Source of the DNA: Calcarisporiella thermophila CBS 279.70
Lineage: Eukaryota > Fungi > Calcarisporiellomycota
Reading direction: 5' to 3'
NCBI RefSeq assembly: GCF_041956535.1
Contig: NW_027192206.1
Coordinates: 291,149 to 355,148, forward strand
DNA length: 64,000 nucleotides
Numbering within the stretch: position 1 is the stretch's first letter; every line of letters begins with the position of its first letter. Of this stretch, positions 1 to 10,400 are shown one piece after another. The position numbers and the translations under genes are program-made. Below the pieces are notes generated by a model that was not told the origin of the DNA, searched no databases, and saw only the letters and a list, made by a program, of their open reading frames with translations.

Positions 1-309
1 CATTTTTACAGTTTTGTTTGTTACGCTTTTCTTCAGCTCTTCTCTGATAACTTTCTGCAAGTCGACAAGCTTAGAACACTCTCCGGTTGACGCCTTCTTA
101 GAAATGTATTTCTCATCTAATTCACTTAGACTACGCGGACGACCATATTTTGGCTTCATAGAAGGATATTTCGGGGTACTCCATTCCTTGATTATTCTTC
201 TAGCAGTTTCACGGCTTATTCCCACTAGTGCTCCAACCTTACGTGTGGACACTCCCTTTCTTGAAAGTTCAAGCACACGTTCTCGAATCTTTTTACGAGT
301 TGGCTTCAT
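1..309 (-). CDS. Tc1-like transposase, N-terminal paired-like HTH domain (3'-truncated by window edge)
   Basis: Manual translation from ATG 309 is open to the edge: MKPTRKKIRERVLELSRKGVSTRKVGALVGISRETARRIIKEW...KYGRPRSLSELDEKYI...SVTNKTVK. It has an HTH followed by the GRPR linker typical of Tc1 transposases. Confidence 0.85.
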   Translation of the reverse strand, partial: MKPTRKKIRERVLELSRKGVSTRKVGALVGISRETARRIIKEWSTPKYPSMKPKYGRPRSLSELDEKYISKKASTGECSKLVDLQKVIREELKKSVTNKTVKM

Positions 310-531
310 AGATGTCAGATATTGTTAAAAAATAAAAGCATCACCGTTGCAAATAAAAAATATTTAAATGGAATGGTGGAGAGGATATAAAAAACATTTG
401 GGTATCTTTGGCACACATCGGCATTTATAAAGATATCAATTTCCCATAAATTCGGGGTGCTATTCAACGATATCCTAGTTTTACAAGAAATGCATATATA
501 ACCGGGGTAGCGAGTCGAACAGCCTATAGTG
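1..531 (-). mobile_element. 5' end of a Tc1/mariner DNA transposon (runs off the left edge)
   Basis: Contains the transposase N-terminus (next feature). Candidate terminus on the minus strand reads TA|CACTATAGGCTG..., with TA at 532-533 as possible target-site duplication. The opposite TIR is outside the window, so the end is inferred. Confidence 0.6.
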
Positions 532-2060
532 TAGAACCTCCAGTGTTCAATAATAAAAGCGCTTGTATAATATTCCATCCATCCAGGAGAATTTTTATTG
601 CAGAATTAGACGATGACTCCGAGGATTCCATTTCAAGTAGTGCATTTGAAACTTGCAATGAAGAGAGCGACATACTCTGCTTCACGAATTTCCGGTAAAA
701 TACAGCAAAGAAGTACAATGGAATTTCTTTGCCGAGTACCATGGAAAGAGGTGGGTAGATTGCCATTTTGGTTTGATTTCTCGCTGATTCTCGGCAGTTG
801 AATCGAAGACGGGAACAAGTAATATCTACAGATCGATTTCGTCATTCGAAGGCCGCTTACAAGCAACCAGCGGCGGCAGGGAACAAGCCAGGGAGGAAAA
901 TCATCCATCAAGATTTTCCGCTATGAGCGTCCCAGCAGACCGGAGACACTAAAGGTCCTGTCAATCGAGAAGTTTTCGATCTTCTCATTTTCTGATGAAC
1001 ACAAAGCGATTTATGCGTACAACGGATCAGCGGGAGCCGAAAATGTCGAAGTCAACCAGAAAATCCCTGCAAAGAAAGATAAGCGGTATCCGAAACATAT
1101 TGAGGAGGTAGAGGAGAAGAAAAAAGGCATATATTAAGGATTAAACCACTTGGGCGGGTCCTATATCGAGAGATTGTGCAAACAGATTATGAGCTTGGCA
1201 CACTGATTATGGAGTATATTTGGATGCAAATCGGAAGAGGGCGAGGAGGAGGAGGGAATGGTCAAAAAAGGAAATAAAGTCCAGGAATTTATTTTCATTC
1301 TTGCATCCAAAAAAGTTCGGTTTAAGCCAGGAATTCCATCCTGCCCTTGGCGATTTCCTGTGAATTGACTACCATTTCTTTGAAACTTTTTGTACATAAT
1401 TTCATACACAAGAGTCTGTGTTATGGGAGAATTTCCATAGGATAAAGGTCTGGGAGCAACATTTGATAACCTCAGAGAAAATAGGTTCATTATGCTAGCG
1501 AGCAAAAACCTTTCTCTCTTTTAGGTTTCCTCCTACCTTCAATACTGTTGCAAACCTCTTTATCCTATTTAACAAAGTATTGTGATAAAATGGCAGAGTT
1601 AGTAGCTCTCAAGCTTTTTGCTAATGATTTACAGTATGCTGCACGGGTGTATATGAAATTAAAGTTTCTTATTGCTCTTATTATTCTTTCATCCCATAAA
1701 GTATATCAATGATGATTTATATAATAATAATGTAACATAAAGGCAATAACGTTTCATAATTATCATAAAAAGTTTAAACGGAAATTTTCCGAGAGATAGG
1801 AGGCTGAGTTTTAATCAAGCGTACCTATGACTTTAACGATTTCGTTGAAAATACATCCGCCATCTGGAAAATTAGGTTATTCAATAACATTATTATCATA
1901 TATTTGTTTTAATTTTAAACAATACTTGAGATAGACATCCATCAACAGATATAAGCCCATGCTCATAGGGCCTCTGTTCAACAAGATATGAACGCATATT
2001 CTTTTACTCTCAATATAAGCTTATTTGTACCAACAAATTGCTACTCTACTTGATCTTCGT

Positions 2061-2115
2061 TACAATGTTTTCTCAAGATGCGTCAGTAACTGACGCATCT
2101 TGAGAAAACATTGTA
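2061..2115. repeat. Perfect 55-bp palindrome (27-bp arms, 1-nt spacer), TA at both ends
   Basis: TACAATGTTTTCTCAAGATGCGTCAGT-A-ACTGACGCATCTTGAGAAAACATTGTA. Confidence 0.97.
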
Positions 2116-2135
2116 TCTGATTGAAAACATTATAC

Positions 2136-2178
2136 CTGATTGATAGTTAAGTAAACAGTTTACTTGACTATCAATCAG
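2136..2178. repeat. 43-bp palindrome (21-bp arms, 1 mismatch, 1-nt spacer)
   Basis: CTGATTGATAGTTAAGTAAAC-A-GTTTACTTGACTATCAATCAG. Confidence 0.95.
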
Positions 2179-3986
2179 AGAAAACTCGTTCAGACCGACC
2201 ACTCATATCGAGTAAGGAGAACGAGCGCGAAAACACCCCACTTGTTTTCTAAAGATAGTGTTTTAGAGAAATTAAGGCAAAAAATAACCCTCAAACACGT
2301 GTAAGATATCAAAACATAGCAGCAGCAGAGGACTACGGTGTGGTCAAATATCTGTAAATACTGTATCTTTAGGAACACAATGATGAAATATTACTATAAA
2401 ATGTGGAAGATGAACAGCTCTGGAATAATCAAACACAGTCCCTGGTGAGTAACCGTGGAAAATCAATGGTGTGGTGTACTGTCGTTCCTTTTTATGCCAA
2501 GCAAGCTTTCCTTGCTTATATCAGCCCCTACTGGGGGACAAATCCTCTTTTTATTTGCTATTTCCCGATTCGATATAGCCATTTCCGAATCCACCGCAGT
2601 TGTCCAGATGAACGTGGCGCGTATTGAATGGGATTAGGCGTAATCGACAGTAGGAATTTGCCCATAAGCCAAGAGACTCGTGTGAAGATGTCGCCTATGC
2701 ATGCGTTATTGGCAAGAGGCCTGATGACGCAAAAGGTCTCCCCTCCAAAGGCCAATTTGAGCCGAGATTGTCCGGGCGCTTAAACCATGCAGTAGCGAGA
2801 TTTGTTTCTAAACGAAACTTGGCTGCCTCGACTCAGTTTATTCTTGCGCGAATTGGGCCGACGCAGAAACCGTGACGAAAGGAGTGGATCCGAAACATCC
2901 CCTCTATGGTGATCCCTGAAATGTTTCTGAAACCTTTTGGAACCACGAATTTCCGCCTCAGGCTGCACCGGTCCGAGTAGCGCACCAGCTCGTGGCGAGC
3001 GTGTGGGCCAGCACTGCTAGGCGTCCTAGGCGCTGCGCAGCTCGCGGCTGCGGCAGGAAAATAGCTGAGCGCCGAATGATGGGCGCCAAGCAAGAGATTT
3101 CGGCGGAGCCCATTTGGAAGCAAGCGTCACGAATTAAAATCTCCGTTGTTTGCAATTTGGGGTTTGTTATCAACGCAATCGAGCCGGCCATTCCGGAGAG
3201 TTTTCCGTGGAGCGGGTCACGGCCATTTTCTTTCTGCCGTTGCGCAGCCAGCGAGGGAGCCTGATTCCTCGAGCGTGCAAGTATTTTTAGCTTGGACCCG
3301 CTTTTTTCCAATTAATAAACTCTAAATTGTGAACCGAACCAGAGAATTGATCGGAAGGATAAACTTCACCACTGACGGGGACTTTTTATTTATTTATTCC
3401 ATTTGATCCTCCTCCTGCCATCCTCATCTCGCTTGCTCCTCCCTGCGGCCCGTCGTCACCAGCGCTAGTCAAGGAGCCTCTTTCGCCATCCCGCCTGAAC
3501 AGCCGCCCTAATCTTGCCGATCAAGGTAACAGGATCCATTTCTGGGTTTCTGTTTCGGCCCGAGTTTAACATTTCTCCTCTCGACCAAACAATCTAACCC
3601 CCCGTATTTTGGCACTTTATTTTGCCTTCTCTCTATTTCTATTGCCTACCAGTCCTGAATCCCTAATCCGCTCCACCCCCCTTTCCCCTCGGGTGCCTAC
3701 ACGCCAATTGCATTTCCAAGCACTAGTTTGTCTCCATCCACATCGCCTTGGCTTTTCCCTCCCATGGTGAAGACAGGGCTCGTTTAACCTACTGGCGAAG
3801 TGATATCTATCCTCTATTTTGCTCTCTTATCTTGCTCTATATTTTCAAGCCTGAGTATCTCGCTCTCTCCCAATTCCTTCGCCCCTCCCCCCATTCTGTG
3901 TCTTTCCCCCCCTTTCATTTATTCATCACCCACCTCTGTAATTTCATCATTTGTACATAATTTATTGTCAGTTTCATTTGTAAGCG

Positions 3987-5693
3987 ATGCTTTACCTCAC
4001 CAATGATGCCAACCTCCTTCCTTTCTTCCTCCCGCTGGGTATTATCGGCGCATACCGGTACCTGTGGTTCCTCGTCAAGCTTGCGGCCTGGTTCGTCTAC
4101 GAGCCGATTCGGCCCAAAGCCAACCCCACCTACAACCCAGCAACGGACGTAACCATCATCGTCCCAACCATTGACGCAGGCGAGGAGTTCAAAGAGGTAG
4201 GCATTGGCGTCCATCCTGCTGACCAATGGTCTCTGATATGACTAAACTTTTTCCGCTTGCTCTTTCATTTCCTCTCCCAAAGGCTGCACATTCTTGGCTC
4301 GCCAATAACCCCAAAGAGATCCTGATCATCACTGAGGAGAAGATGCGGGGTCCCCTTGAGGAGCTCGCCCAAGAAGTCTGCCCCGAGAAGATCCGAGTGT
4401 TTACTGTGCCTAAGGCGAACAAACGCTTGCAGATGGTGGAGGGAGTCAACCACACGACCACCGAGGTGCTCGTGTTTGCCGATGATGATGCTATCTGGCC
4501 CCCAACCATGCTGGAATATATTCTGGCCTGCTTTGAGGACCTGAAGATGGGAGGAGTGGGTACATGTCAGACGGTACGTGCCGTCGGCGAGCGACAAACC
4601 GTATGGGAGATCTTGGCAGGGTTCCGATTGTCAATTCGCAATATAGAAGGTAAGCACAACATGAATGTATCCCCTCCCTTAGAACTCGAACTAACCCCCC
4701 CCCTCCCTCTCCCTCCCGTACTAGTCACTGCATCCACCCACATTGACGGCGGTGTCTGTTGTCTATCTGGGAGAACGGCTGCTTATCGGACACTCATCCT
4801 CAAGGACCCCAGTTTTCAATACGGCTTTACGAACGACCTGTGGCTCGGAAAATACCCTTTGAACTCCGGAGACGACAAGTTTTTAACACGGTGGATGGTC
4901 TCGCATGGGTATATATCTACTTTTCGAGGCTGTCAATGAAATTCTTCTCATTTGCTCATCCCTTACTTTTTTCGTTGAAAACAGATGGAACACCTACATC
5001 CAGACCTGCCCTGAAGTAGAGCTGGCTTCCACCTTCAAGAACAATTGGCGTTTCATCAAGCAAATCTTGCGTTGGACCCGTAACACTTGGCGTTCCGACT
5101 TTCGCTCCATTTTCACCGAACGGTACATTTGGACCCGGCACCCCTTTGTCGCTTTTACTATGGTGGACAAATTTTTCAACCCCATTACCCTCCTCTCGGG
5201 ACCCGTCATGGTTGGAATTCTGGCCGCCAATGAATTCCAGCTGCCTCTCTACAATATCATCATCTCTTATGTTGTTTGGCTGTTGTTGACACGTACGCTA
5301 AAGCTGCTACCGCATTTCTGGCGACGCCCTCAAGATGTGTGGGCCATTCCGGCTTGGCTGATCTTCAACTACTGGTTCATGGTGTGCAAGATATATGCGT
5401 TGTTCACGCTACACGAGGTAGGATGGGGAACTCGTGCGGGGGTTGGAACCACCCTTGCTGCAGACATCAAGGCCGAGATGGATAAAGGCAATGATGACAC
5501 GCGCATCGAGCTGGAGCCTTTCGGAGACAAGCACGAAAAGCATTTTGAAGCATCCGGTTATAAAGACGAGGCCAAAGAACAATTCGTCGATGCTCCCTCC
5601 TACCATGTCGAAGCCGCCTATGCACAGCTGTCCGGATCATCGCCCCCAGTCCACGCGGTAGAAATGACGGGAGAAAAGCAGGGTGCCAAATAG
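3987..5693 (+). CDS. CPS1: Processive family-2 glycosyltransferase, Cps1/hyaluronan-synthase-like polysaccharide synthase (4 exons)
   Basis: Introns 4197-4282, 4650-4724, 4909-4984. Motifs VFADDD, CLSGRTAAYRT, GDDKFLTRW, QILRW (QxxRW), several TM helices and a terminal WGTR. Confidence 0.88.
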
Positions 5694-6042
5694 AAAGCAT
5701 CCATGCCCCCGAAGGGGTGTTAGATGAACCGAGGGTATTTATATGAGTGTATGCATGTCGAGGATTAGAGTATACTAGAAGAAAAAATAGATGTGTACAC
5801 TTTGTTCTCTCTATTCCTTGCCCATTTTCTTTTGTTGTGACTATTTATCTATTGTTGAGGGGAATAGGCCATTGTTAATTTGTCCAAAAACAACCTGAAT
5901 AAATCAAGCTATTTCTTATTCTTCAGCTTTCGTTGTAGCAATCCGAGGCACAAGCAACTTTTAATTAGAGATACACAAAGGGGATCATCAGAACAGCTAT
6001 CCAAAACAAATGGCGGCTATAGGATGGAAAAGCGGTGGATAT

Positions 6043-6291
6043 TTAGACATTAATTTGAGTGAAGTGCGCACGACTCTTGTCCCCGTGTTCTGTGAACGCA
6101 GCGCTTATTTCCTCGATCGTCGGGTGACTCTTATTGTGCGCCCCCTCTTGTTCAGCCGGTGTGGAGTGCTCGTGCTGGTTGTCCGCTGGGCTCACCTGGG
6201 CGTGTTCTTGCTGGGGCTGCGTTTCTGTTACCGTCTCGGTGTGCCTATGTTCTGCTCCAGCGGATGGAGTGGGTGTATGGGAGGGATCCAT
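6043..6291 (-). CDS. Small His/Glu/Gln-rich hydrophilic protein of unknown function (82 aa)
   Basis: GC-rich ORF with ACC-ATG-G context and a TATATAAA box on the minus strand at 6372-6379, about 80 nt upstream. No recognisable domain. Confidence 0.55.
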   Translation of the reverse strand: MDPSHTPTPSAGAEHRHTETVTETQPQQEHAQVSPADNQHEHSTPAEQEGAHNKSHPTIEEISAAFTEHGDKSRAHFTQINV

Positions 6292-6502
6292 GGTTGAGTG
6301 ACGAAGTGAATTCTTCTCGACTATAATCTTGGAAATATGAAATCATTTAAGACCCTCGGGCAGAAAGAGCCTTTATATAACCCTCCATGCTAAGTTCTAC
6401 AGAGTTCGCGATGGCGTATTTTGCAAAAAGTCTTTTATGGCGTCAAAGAAAGATTAAATTTATTGTAAGCACGCTGCAAAAACTCTATCTGTCTATAGCT
6501 TT

Positions 6503-7089
6503 TCACCACCGCAGAAAGTGGGCAGGGCATAGGGGAGCTAAGGAATGACCAAAAGGAAACATCAGAACTATTGGCCTAATAGTCATGCCGGTGTACCAAT
6601 ACATACTCTCAGGGTTGCTCTCGATATAGTTTTGATGCTTATCCTCTGCCTCATCAAAATTCCCAGCTTCCACAATCTCTGTCACTATACGCTTACCTGC
6701 ATAGCGTGTTGCTCCGATTTCTTGGGTTAATCGCTCTGCAGTTTGTCGCTGTATTTCAGTGTGATAGAGGATAGCCGAGCGGTACTTGGAGCCAATATCG
6801 GGTCCCTGTTGGTTTAATGTCGTTGGATCGTGTATGCGGTAAAAGAATTCGACCAGCTTTGCATAGGATATAGATTCCGGATGGAACTGGATCTCAATAG
6901 CTTCGATGGGCTCTCCCCCGTGCTATAATCCGGTAGCGTTATTACTTTCATAGAGTTCACAATGGGGTTGAATGAGCATGTTCATACTTTAGGGAAAGCA
7001 TATCCGACCCGGGATGGGAGGTTGAAATGTTTGTTGAACAAGTGTTGGATGCCCCAGAAGCAACCCCCACCAAAGGTTGCCTTATCCAT
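6503..7089 (-). CDS. msrA: Peptide methionine-(S)-sulfoxide reductase MsrA, divergent (3 exons)
   Basis: ATFGGGCFWG, HDPTTLNQQGPDIGSKYRSAI, AEDKHQNY and C-terminal CPAHFLRW. First intron 6987-6923. Confidence 0.9.
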
Positions 7090-7895
7090 GGTGGTTATTT
7101 GAGAGCAACAGGCAAATGGGTCGAAGTTTCCCTGCTGAAATAAAACCCCAAACAGACTCAGCGGGGCACACTGCACCTACCACGCTTTTGAGATACCATA
7201 GATGTGGGTCCCTCGTTTCTCAATGATATCATTCGCACAGCTCGTCAAAGCGAGCACGGTGCGTTGTTGGCGCCGTAGCTTTCTATGCTTGCCCTAATCC
7301 TTTGCTCTCGCTGGAGTCTCCGAAGCCCTTCTCCCCCCTTAAGGTTGGCCGCGGGGGGATCCTCCGACGTGGCCAGTCTCGTTCCTTTGCCGAGATATTC
7401 AGCGTGCACTGATGTTTCTTGATTGCCAGGCAAATAGGTTATTTGTTTGCACCCCATGCGTAATCCTGTTCTTGGGAGCGGATTTCTTAATAAGGATCTT
7501 CGAGATTGCGTTTATTAAGATTGCCCGTCAATAATAGTGTCTTATTTTTTGTGGCAGCTTCGGAAACCCTTGGTTCTTGATTTTTGAATTTCAACGCTTC
7601 TCCACACCAATTTTCGCTGACGTCGGCACCTCATTAATTTTCTCTTTTCTACAGAATCCAGTAGTAAGAGGAGAAAAAAGTATGATTAATGAGTAGTCTC
7701 TTGGCCTCTGCCTATAGCATCTTTCCCATTATCATCTATTGCTGCATGCTGGTAGCCTTCAATCCAACCAACATATAAATCCCCCCTATTTATATTACAT
7801 AACTTCAGTTTTTTATATAATTTCACTTTTTGTTCCATTGTCATGCCCATCTTCCACTTTCACTAGCCACTGGGGTTCAAATCAGTCATTTAAAA

Positions 7896-9735
7896 ATGCA
7901 ATCCTCTAAGCTTAATATTGCCAACCTCCTTAACAGCGATCGGGGCGACGATGATGATGAGATGGATGACATCACAACAGAATCGGGTTTTCGGCGCCCA
8001 GAGGAATTCGAGGACGGCAGGTGGAGCCTTTATCGACCCTCGAAACAACTTGATGCGAACAGCGTCCACACGGTTACTACCTCGATAGGATCATCTCTCT
8101 ACGATGATCCGGACAAACACTCGATTGCTTTTTCGGATCTCACCCATGACGTAAATGCCAGGGTGCGTAGGCTTCACCTAGGTGATTATCCCCCTCGGGA
8201 TCCAGCGCGCTGGTCCATCGGGGATCCCATGGGCTCTCCGCCACCACCTGGCATCCCACCATCCGACCGTATTCCACAGCATCCCTCATCCCAGCAAAGT
8301 AGTTTCCCGCGTTTTCCGTCCCATTTCGAGCAATTGCCCTCTTCCTCTCCAGATTTTCGACTTTCGCCTCAAAGAGATTCTACGCTCAAGCCCATCAAAC
8401 CTGATCCATCAATTATGCACTCGGATATAACTACTGCCTCGCAAGCCGGTTCTAAATTCTACCCTGCTGAATCCCCCATTTCTGCCAATTTTTCTCTTCC
8501 ATCGTTCGGCTCGCGGCAAGAATCTCGCTCTTCATTTTCCGCTACGACTGGACCCCCAAACACATTATTACCTCCTGCACCTCTCACTCCACTGCAACCT
8601 GCCTCCTCGCCATTCGCAGGCGGTTCGGACCGCTTGCCTAGAGATTCCACCGCACAGACGGAGGCACGCTCTCCCATCCAGCGTTCAGGCGATGATTCCC
8701 TTCCCCCGCGTTTCCCAAGTCATATGGACGCTGGGAGCCCGGATCATGACAGCACTCCTTCTCCCTTGAGCGAGTACCCTCCCACTTTAGGTTCGGGAGA
8801 AGGGGTTAATTATCGTCATCCTAGTCAAGGGCAGATGACCCCTCAAATGTTAAAGGCTAAGCGGAAGCGAGCTAATGCCGAGCAGCTCAAAGTGCTAAAC
8901 CAGGTGTTCCAAACAACTTTCTTCCCCTCCACTGAATTGCGAATCCAGCTTGGAAAACAGCTAGGAATGAGTCCTCGGACCGTCCAGATCTGGTAAAGTC
9001 AATATATAACCTCTCTGCAGTTGGACCTTGCCTAAAACCACCGATTCTCCCTCTAGGTTTCAGAATCGGAGACAGGCTTGGAGGACAAAGTCCAAGCATG
9101 ACAAACAGGAAGTTGGTCCGAAGCCAAGTGAGGTGCCAAACGATTCATCGTGGGAGCGCCTTCATTCGATGCATCGCCGCCGCCCTTCGCTTGAATCCAT
9201 GAATTCCATTAGCGCGATGTCCGCCAGAAGCGCTCCCGCAGGCACCCATCATCTAATGCCAGATCCCTATTCAAACCAACTGGCCTCCTCCTCGGCGTCA
9301 ACTTATGCTCTTAATCTTTCTGAGCGCTCCGCCCATCCCATTGCATCCACAACCGCTACCGCTAGTATCCCCCCCTCTTCGGTGAATGTGGCCGCAAGCG
9401 GATTCTCGTTGCCCCCCATCTCCGCCATTGCTCCTGCCTCCGACTCACATGCTTATCCGCCGCACTCTCCTCCGGGCTATCCTACCAGCAGGGGCTCACT
9501 TCCCTCTACCCCGTCTCCTTATGAACCAAGATTTCCTGCGGATGTGCTCTCCCATTCATCACTCTCTCACCCCACACAGCCACACGACCCTTCGTGGGGA
9601 AACGGGGGTAGGACGGAGGAGCCGCCTCATCGGCTCTCGCTAACTGAACGAAGTCGAGAGCTGCCCACTGCCTTTTCCCCCTCCTTTCCGCCAAGCCATG
9701 GACTGATGAGGGGCGCTGGGGGCGGGGTCCGATAG
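7896..9735 (+). CDS. Homeodomain transcription factor with Pro/Ser-rich disordered flanks (2 exons)
   Basis: KRKRANAEQLKVLNQVFQTTFFPSTELRIQLGKQLGMSPRTVQIW|FQNRRQ. Intron 8993-9056 splits the Trp codon of WFQNRR. Confidence 0.92.
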
Positions 9736-10400
9736 GCCAATAGGTTTTTTTTTTACATCAGTTATTTAAATATATATATAAATATATAGCAGAAGCTTTG
9801 GAGTGTAAATATTATATATATTTTTTCTTCTGCTCAATAGCAGCTACATTTTTGCTTTTTAATGGGTTTTTTTTATTGACTATTTCAAAATATTCTTGTC
9901 CTTTTTTTATACTTTTCCGCGCTCTTTTTTACTTGTGTGTTTTAAAATATGTGTTTCTTCCCTCTTTTTGTTTCAGTCAGAAAAATTTATTTTAATTTCT
10001 GTGAAGACATAGGTTCTCTTTTCTTTTGTCTTTCCCTTCTCTTTGCTAATAAATATATTATTTCCGCAGCGACTCGTGCCACCATGAAAGCCATCGAAAA
10101 CACGGTTTAGGCAATCAACCTTGCTAGCATGGGTAGTGGTGAGCAAACAGAACCCACGCGATCAACTCGCCATCGGATGGACCGCGGGTCCTATCGCCCG
10201 GATTTCAAAGAACATGGGAAAATGGGCAGAGCGGCCCAAGGAGACGTATGGTAGTTATTTTATGTTATTTTATTTGTAAAACTAAAATTGCAATTTTTCT
10301 TTCTCAACAAAAAACATACATCATAGCGTTTTAATGGATTAAGCTTGGAAGAGACAATAGTACCTCTATGGGCTCTCGATACGGGTACCATTCCAGCCCT

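Noticed and set aside
14-328. 104-aa plus-strand ORF
   Set aside because: Antisense shadow of the Tc1 transposase frame.
7051-7070. Possible selenocysteine MsrA, as reported in some early-diverging fungi
   Set aside because: The catalytic codon is TGC (Cys), not TGA.
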